Part shown: positions 35,021 through 48,200 of the stretch, piece after piece
Layout of the letters: each line of letters opens with the position of its first letter
Numbering within the stretch: the stretch's first letter is position 1
From: Haplodiscus bocki
Taxonomy: Eukaryota
Direction: 5' to 3'
Length of the DNA stretch: 64,000 nt
Assembly: GCA_965655095.1 (NCBI GenBank)
Contig: OZ296656.1
Location: 71,238,001 to 71,302,000 of the forward strand
Notes under the pieces: model-generated
Seen by the model: only the letters and a program-made list of their open reading frames with translations
Database searches by the model: none
Told to the model about the DNA's origin: nothing
Translations under genes and position numbers: made by a program

Positions 35021-38000
35021 TTTCATTGAAGTTTTCTGTGTGAACATTAGGGGATTATCAAATCCTACTAAACTAATTCAAATCTGTGATATTGTTAAAT
35101 CTCTGAGGAAAACCAGTAGCTACTGTATTCTCATTCAAGAAGCGAAAATTACGAGACTTAAGACTTGAACATGAAAAAGTCCTAAAACACTATAAAATGA
35201 AATATGAACTAGTCCCTGCAATAATGATGTCTGGTGGCTTATTAACTCTAACACCTGAAACTTTGAAATATCAGGTCTCTTTGAAAACGCCATCGTGTCT
35301 AGCAATTGAGATAAAAAATGGAGAAAAAAAGCAAACAATTATAAACACATACATCAATCCAAAAGATACACTGGCTCAAAATTTTATAAGCTCGATTGAT
35401 GAACTGAACATGGATAACTCTCAGGATATAATTATTGCAGGGGACTTCAACTCGATTGATATACAAGACTACGAAAGCAATAAAGTCGAAATGGTCAAAC
35501 CAAATGACATAAGAGTGCTCAGAGATGCAAAGATACAATCTAAACTTAGTGAGCTGGTCTTGCAAGATATTGGAAAGCTCAGTAGACCAATTGATGTAAC
35601 CCACTATGATAAACGAACGAGGAAACATAGCCGAATTGATTATATTTTTACGAACCTCGAAAATGCTGACCTGAATCTTTTGTTATAAAACGATTCCTTT
35701 CTCAGATCATAAGATACTTCACTTACATCTTAACGAAGAAAAATTTCACCATGGTAATTGGAAACTCAATGACAATATCTTGCAAGACTCAGAATCAGTC
35801 AATGAAATTTTACGTACGACTATCCCAATACTTGGTAGAGCGAAGAATATCAGTAAAGTTTATGATATTTTCAAGGCTAAGTTTAGAGATCTCCTTCGAT
35901 TGCTCTCTGTAAAAAAACATCGAGAAGAAAAGAAACTTGAAAAAGATTTGTCTTATAAAACTCAGCATCTCGAAAAAGAAATCAGTACAAAAGAAATCTC
36001 TGAGGAACGAACGAAAAAGTTCAATGATTTGGACCAACTTCAAGACAAACTTCAGAAACTCAAAGAAAATCAAGCTAAAGTTCAAATGAAAAAGATCAAA
36101 AACTATTTTGCAGAAGCAAACGAAGGTGATCCTAAATATATTAAACAACTTGCTAGTTCCATGAAACCAAACTTGAAAATCAAAGAACTTGAGAACTCAA
36201 AAGGCGAGACCATTAATACTCCGGATGAGACAGTCAATGAAAAAACCTCTTTTTACAAAAAATTGTACAGTATAACTCCTGAAAAAGAAAGTATTACCAT
36301 AATGAAAACAAAATACCTTGATAATTTCTTCAAGCGGAATAGAAACAAATTTAACCACTTCCACAGTCAGAATGATTCAGATTATGATGTGATCAGTGAA
36401 TATGAAGTAGAAAAAGCAATATTGAAATTGAACAAGGACAGCTCTCCTGGTCCTGATGGTCTCACCTCAAATTTGTATAAACTCTACTCTAAAGTTTTCA
36501 TACCTCTCCTAACTGATTTGTTTAATGACATAATAAAATTAGGAGCAGCTCCTGCGTCCTTTAACTTAGCAATTATAAAATTGATCCCTAAAAAACCCAA
36601 CTCGATTAAAAAAGTGTCTGACTTACGCCCATTGAGTCTAATAAATACAGATCAAAAAATTTTATCGCATGTTCTAGCTAACCGGATCAAACCTGTATGC
36701 AATGCTCTCATAGACCAACATCAATATGATGCTCATTTTCCAAAACGAGATATTCATGCAGCAATAACTAAAATAAGACAATATGCAGTGGAAATGAAAA
36801 CGGATGATCTGATTTGCACCTTAGATTTCACAAAAGCTTTTGACTCGGTTGATAGGAAGTTCATATTGGCAATGCTTGATTACCTTTCAATTGACTCTAA
36901 TACAATAATTTTGATAAAAACCATGTATTCAGATACCTGCTCAATAATCGAAGTCCACACTGAATTTTCTGAATCTTTTAACATCTCCAGAGGACTGAGA
37001 CAAGGATGCCCCCTATCTGCGCTCCTATTTAATTTAGTAATGGAGCCTCTACTACAAAAAATTCAAGACTGTAAGAAGTTAACGTCGAGTCACAAACAAA
37101 AAACCATCGCCTACGCTGATGATATATCAATCTGCTTAAAAAACGCCTCTCTCAATAAACTTTTGAATATTCTTGAAAAATTTCAAGAAGTATCAGGACT
37201 CTCCATAAATTATGGCAAATCTGAAATTTTAGCGAAGACAAAAAAAGTACTGAATGCTCATGCAGATAAACAAATCAAAATTGTTGAAGCTGTGAAAATC
37301 TTGGGAGTAAAAATAACTAGTAAACTAAGTGCAGACGCTGAAACAAAACAAGGGATTTTAGAAGCAATCGCTCAAATTCCTAAGTTCATAAGTAAAAACT
37401 CTTCACTAAGAGCTACATCCATTAATATTGAAACGCTAATACTTTCCAAAATAATTTATAGACTAAGACATTTTGCAAAAATGAAGTCTTTCATCAAAAA
37501 AATGAATTCCAAAATTATAGACCTCTTTTGGTTATCAAAAAAACACAATGTCTGTCAAGATATAGTGCATACAAATAGAAAAAATTGTGGTCTGGGACTC
37601 AAAAATCTTAATAAAGCAATAGCGGTGGCAAAAATCCTAAACTTGAAAGTTTCACTGAGAGAAACGAATAAGGAAAACTTTCTGAAATCAAGGTGGTTCA
37701 GGGAGCTTGTGAAAGATCTCAAACTAGAAGACATTGAAGTTAACATTAACTCTTACAATCAAATAACTATCTTTCACTTCTTCAATTCCTATGTCGTAAC
37801 TGAAGAAACCAAAGCTAGAGATCTTTATGACTACCAGCTTGATAAACATTTGCCTTCCTAACTTAGCCAAAATTGCTTTTTACCCAAACACCGATTCCAA
37901 AAATCTTGAGACTTTCATTACAAAATTGTGGAATTATAAAAAACTACAGTCTTTTGACAAAAATTTTTTATATTTCTTTCTTATGCACTCATATCTTGAC

Positions 38001-38267
38001 AAAGAAGAAAAGTGGCTCAAAAACTTAGTACCACACCCTCTGTGTTTTTACTGTGAAACGGAGTTTGAAACATGGAATCATTTAATCTTCGATTGTGAAA
38101 AAACACAAAGTATGAAACAACACCTAAATTTTAAAAACTGGACAGATATTTGGTCAAGTAAAAACCCTCTGACACAAAAGTTAGTAGTTGCCTTACTCAT
38201 TTCCTCATGGTCTGAAAACGAAGGAAAATATCTAAAGTATATTAAAACACGTTGTACAAACGAATAA
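35013..38267 (+). pseudogene. E8 ORF2 EN-RT, disrupted
   Basis: MDDFIEVFCVNIRGL start, GDFN, THYDKRT..SRIDY, SPGPDG, LDFTKAFD, GLRQGCPLS, YADD, CFYC..ETWNHL..C. Confidence 0.92.
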
Positions 38268-38731
38268 AAAGTTCACACAGAAAACACTTATGTGCTACAA
38301 TGTAATATTTGATGCGGTAAATTTGGCCCAAGGGCGTGTACAATCCTTATAATTTTGTGTAACTTGTGATGAAAGTTCTGATAACTATGTAAAGCCCTGA
38401 ATGAGTTAGAATAGAAGAAATTATCAATTAATTCTTTAGAAGCCTAATTGTTGATATTGCGTTTAGCTATCAAAACCTTTGCTTTGTTTAACGTAATTCT
38501 TGCAAAAATTTGCAGTTCTTGCAAATTTTAGAGCAAAATCGAGATCACGAACGAACTTGTTCTCAAGTTTTGAGTTAAGTTTCGTTATTTCTTTCGCTTT
38601 CATTATTTGAAATTCATTATGCCTAACCAAAATTTTCTCAAACTCCAATTTCAAAAAAGAATTTTCAAAGTTATAACCAGCATCGAGCCTCATACGTCAG
38701 CAATAACGACAGAAGCAACGGAGAAAATAAC

Positions 38732-40075
38732 ATGAGCGAACAAAATCCAAACACCTGCCTTACAAATGTAGAAAATTTGAACAGTCCACCTCAAACCGTT
38801 TCTGACAACAAAGTGAATCAGCAAGACAACCCAGCTTCAAATATTCCAATTTCCAACGTGACCCGACAGCACCTTGGATCCGAATTGCTTCCTCAAAATG
38901 TACAAAGCCCAGCTCCCAGTGCAGTTTCCTCACCTGACGAACATGCAGAGCATCCAGTACAAACAACAAATGAACAACAACCACCTATGAGCTTCAGTCA
39001 GACAGTACAAGCCAACATCCATAACCAGGTACGCACACAAAGAATTATAAGAATGAAAGTGGTCCCTCCATTCCGAAGAGAGCATTTTCAGAATGCCAAT
39101 CTTCTTCAAACAGATATTGAGAATGCAATGCGGGAAATCCTGAACATCTTCCAACCAATTCACAGGCGAATGGTAACAATTGCGAGGACAAATATCCCCC
39201 AGCCAGGGCAACGACATTTGCAAATATTAATGGTGACAGCCCCAATAGACGCGGAGAACGAAGTTGCAAGAGCAAAGCTAACAGGAATCAAAGTAATGGG
39301 AAAAACCGTCTTTCCAACGGGCGACGAATACTGGAGATTTACCAACAGCGAGTACCCCAAAAGAGCGATGATACGCATAACAAATTTACCGATTTTACTG
39401 GGAACAGATGAACTGGAGGAGCTCCTTCAGCTACCAGAAGATACAGAATATAACGGCGTACCCGAAAGGGAAACAACGAGGACATATCTGGGTCCGATAT
39501 ATACTGGTCGAGCTAGGATCCCAATAGAAATAAACTCAAAAGATCATGAGGATGCACTGTGCAAATGGTCAAAATGGAGAAACTCAGAAGACGGACTAAT
39601 GTTATGGAACGAAGTTCCAATTTATATGTCAATCCCGAGACTTCACAGGTGTACATTGTGTGAAGCCGAAAACCGCCCCCAATTTATTGGTCATGATGCC
39701 CAATGGTGTCGGATTATTCGACGAGTTCAAAATACAGAACGTGTTGATGAGACGGAACCCCAAACCTCGGAGACTCTAGCGGAAGAAGTTTCAAACGTGG
39801 TGGTGCCCCAGAATCAGATATCAAACAAACCCTCAGCTGAAGAACCCGGAAAATCCTGTTCAAACTCGAGTGAACCCAATGAAGAAGATGATGAAATTTC
39901 TGATACTTCCTCCTCTGAATACGAAACGAATGACAACCGGAACGCCCAGAAAAATGACCAAGAACCGTGGCAACAAGCAGGTAACAACAAAAAGAGGAAA
40001 ACGCACAAAAAGACGACGTCCACACAGTCCTCAACATCCAACAATCTACCTACAAAAAGAAGTATGAACACGTAA
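38732..40075 (+). CDS. E9 ORF1 protein (447 aa, open)
   Basis: MKVVPPFRREHF, GKTVFPTGDEYW, RITNLP, YTGRARI, CTLC-x10-H-x4-C. Confidence 0.85.
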   Translation: MSEQNPNTCLTNVENLNSPPQTVSDNKVNQQDNPASNIPISNVTRQHLGSELLPQNVQSPAPSAVSSPDEHAEHPVQTTNEQQPPMSFSQTVQANIHNQVRTQRIIRMKVVPPFRREHFQNANLLQTDIENAMREILNIFQPIHRRMVTIARTNIPQPGQRHLQILMVTAPIDAENEVARAKLTGIKVMGKTVFPTGDEYWRFTNSEYPKRAMIRITNLPILLGTDELEELLQLPEDTEYNGVPERETTRTYLGPIYTGRARIPIEINSKDHEDALCKWSKWRNSEDGLMLWNEVPIYMSIPRLHRCTLCEAENRPQFIGHDAQWCRIIRRVQNTERVDETEPQTSETLAEEVSNVVVPQNQISNKPSAEEPGKSCSNSSEPNEEDDEISDTSSSEYETNDNRNAQKNDQEPWQQAGNNKKRKTHKKTTSTQSSTSNNLPTKRSMNT

Positions 40076-40091
40076 ACTAACTCAAACCCTA

Positions 40092-43000
40092 ATGTTTAAC
40101 TTTGCGTCTTCGAAGTCGGTAGACTTTTTTTCAATTAATGTGAGAGGGCTCAATAATGCTGAGCGTCTCACAGAGGTATGTAACATTACAAAAAACCAAA
40201 GTAAAAGTAACAAAATAATCATAGCACTACAAGAAACAAAACTAATGAAAATGAAGGAGGAACATAATAGGATCATCAAAAAATTTGGTTTTTCTCATGA
40301 AATGGTCCCTGCTAATGGTAATGCAGGAGGTCTCATGATTCTCTATCCCAAAAATTACAAAATGACCCCAATGATGAAAAACGAAAACTTGCTGGCTATT
40401 GTTTTAAATCTTAATGGGTGTGAAAACTCAATAATAGCAAATGTATATATAAACCCAAAAGACCACAAAATCGATAAGTTTAAAAATTCTTTCGAAGAAC
40501 TCGATCATGCAAAACCTATCATTGCAACCGGGGATTTTAATGCAATTGATTACCAAAATATCTTCGACAGTCAAAAACTTCCAAAAACCAATGATATAAG
40601 AGTTTTACGGTACAACAAACTCAATCAAATTTTTGGCGGAAGAAAAATGTATGACCTATGCAAAACCTTGAGCGAAAACCCAACCCACCCATTATGACCA
40701 AAAGGACAAGAGCCAGCAACCGAATTGACTATATTTTTGGTAATTTGCCCTCCGAAAACCTTGAGATGTTTCTCTATACAACTTCCTTCTCTGATCATAA
40801 ATGTATACATCTAGCATATCATGTCAATTATAACTCCATAGGCAAAGGTTCCTGGCGTTTGAATGACGAAATCTTAGAAGACAAAACCATGATAACCCAA
40901 ACATTACACCAATCGTTTGAACCCAATCATTGTAATGCAAAAAACTATGACATTTTCAAATCAAGAATACGAGACTCCCTTAGACTAATCTGTATCAGAA
41001 ACGTAAAGAAAAAGAAAATGCTAGAAAGACAGTTAATGAAAGAAGTTGAAAACTCAGAGAAACATCTTCAGGCGAAAAAAGAAGTAAACCCGAATGACCC
41101 CAAGGATCATAAAACAAAATTCTGGATCTCAAAACCTTTCAGCATAAAGAAGCTGCACTTATTGCAAAATCAATCAAAAATTTTTATCTTGATGTCAGTG
41201 AAGGCGATCCAAAAATAACAAAAAGTCTAGTGAGGTGTCTGCAAAGCAAACAGGAGGTCAGAAAAGTTATCACAAAGTCGGGTGAAGCCGTAACTGACCA
41301 AGATGAAATTGTTGATAAATTTGCGGAATTTTTTGAGGAATGCTATCAAAAAAATCAAACTTCTAATGAAAAAATCAGCCAGTTATATCTAGATAACTTC
41401 TTCCAGAAGAATGAAAAAAAGCTCAGGAAGTTTGAACTTGGCGAAATATACAAAAACAATGATGATAACCCCATTACAGAATTCGAAGTTGAAAGAGCAA
41501 TAATGAAACTCAATAAGAGAAGTGCACCAGGCGCAGATGGCCTCACCTCTGACCTTTACAAAACCCAAAAAAATTCGTTGTTCCGATTTTAACTAAGCTT
41601 TTCAACGACATATATGAAACCTCATATGTTCCTCCTTCCTTTGAACAAGCCATCATAAAAGTAATACCAAAAAAACCAAACGTATATGATCTTGGCAACT
41701 TCCGGCCAATCAGTTTTATAAATACGGATCAAAAAATCTTATCACACATTATAGCCTTCAGATTAAAGAAAGTGCTTGATGTATTGATTGGGCCACATCA
41801 AACAGCCCACCTTACAAACAGAAACATTAACATTTAATTATTGAAACTTCAAACTTTTGCCTCTGAACTGTCAAAGAGAGACGGTATTGTTGCCTTAGAT
41901 TTCAATAAAGCATTTGATAAAGTAGATCGAAAATATATGATGGAGCTCATACGTCGCCTCCCGATTGACTGTCAAACCAAAAACATAATACAAAAAATGT
42001 ATGAAAACACGAGTGCATTAGTAAATGTAGGAGGTGTTTTTTCGGCACCCTTCAAAACTGAAACAGGAATCAGCCAAGGTTGTCCAATGTCAGCTCTGGT
42101 GTTTAACCTTGCCATTGAACCATTGTTACAAAGAATTCAAAGATCAAAACTCATCAAATCATCACAAGAAACCAAATCTATTGCCTTTGCAGATGATATC
42201 TCCATTTGCATGAACTTGCACTCCATTCGAAACCTCATGACTTCTCCGAATAATTTTGCAAAAATCTCCAGTCAATATCAACAAAAGCAAGGTCCTAACA
42301 CAAGGGAAAACCTATAAACAGGAAAAATGGAAACTTGAGAAAGCATCAAAAGCAAAAATCCTCGGGTTAAATATTAACATTGGTGGCAAAATCGATGCCG
42401 AGACCAAAAGCGATCTAATCAACACAGCGAGAAAATCATCTCTTTATGTAGGGCCTACTGTATCTCTTTAGGCTCGTGCAAAAAATATAGACATTTATCC
42501 TTCCAAAACTTACATACTTTCTCAGGCACTATACAAGGATAAAAACATTATTGAGGAAACTCAATTGTCAAATGATCAATCAACTATGGCTAGAGAAGAA
42601 ACATAACGTGAACCAAGAAATTGTTAATACTCCAATCAAAGATGGAGGGATAGGCTTGAAAAACATCGAGAAATGTGTATTAACAGCCAAAATAATGAAC
42701 CTCAAATTATTAGCCTTTAATCCAATGGAAAAACACTTCCTTACAAATTTCAAACAAAGCAAAGCTTTCAGTCTCCTGGAGAAAGATCTAAAAGATTCCG
42801 GTATTGAAATTCTGGAACTCTCCGAACAAAAACTGAATATTCAATACTTCTTCCAAAACATTGAAATCACAACATTGACAACCTCAAGAGAACATTATGA
42901 GTTCCTTGTAAAATCCCTTATCACGGTACCATGTTTTAAACACATCAACATGTCAGCAATGGAATTCCAAATATATCCCAACATAATTTTTGACTTCATA

Positions 43001-43366
43001 ACTCGAAAATGGAAAAACAGGAGACTCAAATCGTTCGATAAAAACATTTTATATAACTTCCTAATGAACGCCTACCTCGATAAACAAGAGAATTGGTTGA
43101 AAAACTTAGTGCCTCACCCTCTCTGTTTTGCATGTGAGGAGTACTTTGAAACTTGGCATCACCTAATGTTTGAATGCCCGAAACTAGCGCCAACCATAAA
43201 AGTTCTCAATATCAAACACTGGAGTGACTTCTTCCAAGACAAAACATACGTAACACCAAAAGTACTAGTAGCAATAATACTATCCTCCTGGACTGAAAGC
43301 CCAAGAAACTACCTAAACTTTTTTCTTTAAAAAACAACGCTATCATATGAGTTACATACCTCGTAG
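40092..43366 (+). pseudogene. E9 ORF2 EN-RT, disrupted
   Basis: Same motifs as E6 ORF2, several frameshifts and stops. Confidence 0.92.
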
Positions 43367-43521
43367 GTTTTTGAAGTCTATTTTGATATTCTGTTGATAA
43401 AATTGATTTATATTTGATTTCTTTGTGTTTTGATTTGATTTGATTCATTGATTTGTTTATTTTTATTTTTGTTTTCCATGATACTTGTAGATATTTAGTT
43501 GTAATAATACATTATTCAAAA

Positions 43522-45287
43522 GCCTAATTGTTGTGATATCGCTTACGATTGCTTGCTTGAATCTAGCTGATTGCGCGCATAGATTGGCTGTCTCCTGTTG
43601 ATTGAGGATTCGTTACGTCTTGTGGTTCTCATTTCATCACATTTTTTGGGGTGAAAAACATTACTTCGAAATCTTCTTGCTTATTAATTCTTATTCATTG
43701 TTACATTTCGCTTTGCTTTACATCGCTGCTTGTTCTGAACGGTCAACGCAGTGTCCTCACCCTGTGAATACTGAACTTGATTCAGTTTCAGCACCACAAT
43801 TCAACAATGGAACGACCACAGGCCCTGACCGACAATGTTTCTCTCTGTCCTCCACTGAATATTGGCCCTTCCGAAATGGCACGACAATGTCAAATGAAAC
43901 TTGAACAACAAAGAATACAATTCTACAATAACCAAGGAACTTTATCTTGCAACCAAGAAACGAACAGCAACATCACCCAAGCACTTCTGCACCCAAGTTA
44001 CTCTGGCTTTACTTCTAACAATACTCCTCCACCAAGAACCATGAACATCAGAAACTCAAGATTATTCCACCGTTTAACAAAGACCACTTCGCAACCAAGG
44101 AAACCTTCGAAACAGCTTCCAATCAATGTAATTCTGCTATTCTACGTCAATTCTCGCCGCAACTACGAACCAAGCTAACACTGTCAAAAACTTTCACTAT
44201 GTTCGGAACCCGAAGGTTACATAACTTTCACCTCGTGGGTTCAAATGAAGCCTCTGATGTTTTCACTCGACTCCAGTCAACTGGGATTGAAATGTTGGGA
44301 AGGACGGTTATTCCACAGAGTGACTCTTTCGAGCGTTTCATCCCTGGTATCTACCCGAAGCATGTTCCTGTTCGTATCCTTCAACTACCATCACTCTGTC
44401 AAGACAAGAACTGCAAGACATTCTAGACGTACCTGACTCAACCCAAATTACTTCTATTCGACACGACACCGAGGAGATTGATGGCATGCACTTCTACAAT
44501 GGACGGGCTTCAGCCATGATTCGTGTGGTCTCTCACGAACACGAAGAGATGCTGCGTGAATGGTCTATTAGAAACCATGAAAACGGAACACTGACGTGGA
44601 ACGACATTCCCATCTACGCCTTCATCCCTGCTCTGCACCAGTGTCACCATTGCAAAGAGCACAGACGGCCCTTCCATGGGCACGATGTGGCATGGTGTCG
44701 GTATGCCAGAGCAGAAGAACAACAAAGAACAATAACTCCTTCAACTAATTGCAACCAAGAAGTCTCCGTTCCACCAAGCAACCAAGCCACAACACTAGAT
44801 GACACGACTCCAACTACTGACGAAACAAATGCAATGAACGTGAGTCAAGATGAAACTTCCGACAGCAACCAAGATAACACTGACAACCAAGTAGACATTG
44901 ACACAGATAACGAAGATGATGATGATCCTCAACGCCCATGGCAAACCGCACCAACACACCCAAGAAAAACAGCATCTGCAACCAAGTCTCAATCTCAAGA
45001 AAACCAAGAGGAAAGCTGACCACAACAAAGCACGACTGTTCATGGCGAAGAATCTTGCGCTTCAGACGCCTGCAACCAAGAAGAAGAAACCAACCAAATG
45101 ATCTTTTTCTTGCACGCAACTAAGATTTCTAACATAACTAATAACTGCTAAATATTAATCTATGAAATTGTGAAACTAAACTTTGATTGTAACTACGTTT
45201 TGTACAATATTTCTGATTTCTGATGTCTTATTTCTGATTTCTGATAACTCTCATTTTGTTAAAGATACTTTAATGAATTCTTTTAAA
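43522..45287 (+). mobile_element. E10: family A internally deleted element (frameshifted ORF1, ORF2 almost entirely lost, 3' UTR kept)
   Basis: ORF1 43807-45101, then ~35 nt matching early ORF2 (AACTAAGATTTCTAACATAACTAATAAC) fused to the ORF2 end (CTAAATATTAA) and an A-type 3' UTR. Confidence 0.88.
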
Positions 45288-48200
45288 GCCTAATTGTTGT
45301 GCTATTGCTGCTTACGTCATTTGAAAGTTTGCTATAGCATCGCTCTTTCTAGTGATAATAACAGCTAAAGCTGTGATTCATCACATCGCTTTTAACTTTA
45401 CGCTTCTTTATCATACTGTTTATATACAAAATATTAAACTTATCAAAATGCCAATACAGAATTTTATCAACTCTGCACACACAGCAAGAAGAAACAAATT
45501 CCTGAATAAAAACGACGAACACCCTGTCAAGTTCCCTCCGTATGAACCGGAAACTCCATTTATGAGTCTGGAGGACTTCAATAAACAAAACTCTTTAACC
45601 AATAAACAAAACAACATATCCATCTCAAATCAACTGGAAGCCGGTTTGCCACAAACTTCAACCACTGAAATCGTCCCACCGGCACCCGACAACAGCCCAG
45701 AATCGTGCCCGCCTAAGACTTCTGTAACTTCAAATGGATTTGCACCCTTGGCTACACAATTACAAACTGCTGCCGAACAACAACCGAATGCTGACGAGCA
45801 CGTACGAATAGAAAAAAACGCTGATATTAACTCTTGAATCTTCTCGAACTCTGCCTCCACCCTCATTTAGCGAAACTGTCAAAGGAAATGTTTCACCAGT
45901 AGCAAGAACCCAGAAAATTATCCGTATGAAAGTGGTACCCCCATTTAGAAAGGAACACTTCCAAAATCCGAACCTTTTGGAACGAGATGTGGATGCGGCA
46001 ATAAGAGAAATCTACACAATCTTCAAACCGAAATACCGTCACCAAGTTACGATTTCAAGAACAAACGTAGCACAACACAATCGCAACTTACAAATCTTAA
46101 TGGTTACTGCACCTGCAGAAGCAGAGGAGGACATTGCTTTTGCAAAATTAAGAGGAATCAGCATAATGGGGAAGACAGTCTTTCCAACTGGGGAGGAGTT
46201 TTGGCGATTCTTTCCGGGGGAATTCCCGAAAAGAGCGATGCTGCGAATCAGCAACCTACCAATTCTGCTAGACGATGAAGAATTAGAAGAGCTGCTCGAG
46301 CTTCCTCCATGTACAGAAATTGGAGGCGACATCCTCAGGGAGCAGAAAACGTATGACTTCGGAAAAATTTATACAGGAAGAGCTATGATACCCATAACCA
46401 TTTCGTCACAACAGCACCAAGATCAGCTTCTTAAATGGTCCTTATGGAGGAATACTAATGGCAAACTCAGCTGGAACGAAGTACCCCTCATGATGTCGAT
46501 CCCAAAACTCCACAAATGTACACAATGCGAACAAGAAGGAAGACCCCAGTACATCGGGCATGATGATCTCTGGTGTCGTATCATCAGAAGACAAACTACC
46601 CAGACACCACCAGCGGAAACAGAAGACATATATGATCCACCAGAGGTAAGTGAAACGCAACATGAACCCCATCAACCCGCCATAGAGGAAAGCAACAATC
46701 AGTCAGATACTACCAACAATGATAATGAGCCAGAACAACAAAACATGGAGAACAAAGATGATGATAGCAGTGCAGAAACTGGACGAAGTGACAGCGAAGC
46801 AGCGGACGATCAACAGCAAACGTCCTCTACTACAAACAAGAAGAGGAAAAGGAAGAAATCCCGTAAGAGACAAATCGCAAACAGTTGCGCATCATCGTCA
46901 AAAGCTCCAAAAACTCGAAATAAAAACGGTAATAATGTGTCATAACTTCTTTGAGAAATCAGTAGATTTCTTTTCTTTAAATGTGAGAGGTCTCAGCAAT
47001 CCTGAACGTCTCACAGAGGTATGCAACATGACAAAAAACCAAAGTCATAGTAACTAAAAAGTTATTGCATTACAAGAAACAAAGCTATCAAAAACGAAGG
47101 AGGAACATGAAAAAATCTTGGAAAAGTTTGGTTTTTCCTATGAAATGGTACCTGCAAATGGAAATTCAGGGGGTCTCATGATATTATACCCAAATACATT
47201 TAATGTAACCCCAATTGTAAAAAATGAAAACATGCTAGCCATTGATCTAAGTCATAATGGGTGTGACACTCTAATAATAGCAAATATATATATATTAACC
47301 CAAAGGACCACAAAATCGCCAACCTGGAGGCGGCTTTTGCTGAAATAGAACATGAGAAAAACATTATTGCTATGGGTGATTTTAATGCAATTGATCCTTT
47401 TCAAAGTCCTTTAAATAAAAACCCCCAAAATCAAATGATGTAAGAATCTTGCGTTACAACAAAATAACCCAGATTTTTGCCAGTCAAAAAATGTTTGATA
47501 TTGGAAAAACTTTAAGTGTAACAGAATCACCCATTATGACAAAAGAACAAGAACTAGCAATCGTATTGATTATTTTTTTCGGAAACATCAGTTACCAAAA
47601 CTGTGAGATGTTTCTCTATACAACCTCATTCTCAGACCATAAATGCTTACATTTGGCATATCATGTTCTACATGAAACCCATGGAAATGGAAGTTGGAAA
47701 CTAAATTATGAAGTTCTAGAGAATAAAACCCTGATAACCTCACTACTGAATCGAAACTATGAAAACAATTCCTTTTCAGTAAAATACTATGATATTTTCA
47801 AGTCAAGGATTAGAGATAGTCTGAGACTGATTTGTATCCAAAATGCAAAGAAAAAGAAAATTACGGAAAAACAATTGATGAAAGAGGTTGAAGTCTCTGA
47901 GAAACATCTCTCGAGAAAAATTCAAATTGAACTCAAAGATCTGAGAGAGCATGAAGAAAAAATATTGAAACTCAAAACATTTCAACAGTCTGAAGCGCAA
48001 TTAATTGCGAAATCGATCAAAAACTTCTATCATGATATCAATGAAGGTGACCCAAAAAGTACAAAAAACTTAGTGAGATGTCTAGAAAGCAAAAATGAAA
48101 TCCGTAAAATCATCAGAACGGGTGAAGTAGTTACAAATGAAAACGAAATTGTAGACAAGTTTGCAGAGTTTTTTCAAGAATGTTATAAAGAAAACCCACC

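Larger units (their letters stand above)
33195..38441 (+). mobile_element. E8: family C full-length element (most divergent autonomous-type unit, long structured 5' UTR)
   Basis: Motif at 33195 plus two partial copies; ORF1 33751-35020; ORF2 35013-38267; ends AATTAATTCTTTAGAA. Confidence 0.92.
38442..43521 (+). mobile_element. E9: family B2 full-length, mosaic element
   Basis: Motif variant GCCTAATTGTTGATA; ORF1 38732-40075; ORF2 40092-43366; 3' UTR near-identical to E3. Confidence 0.93.
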
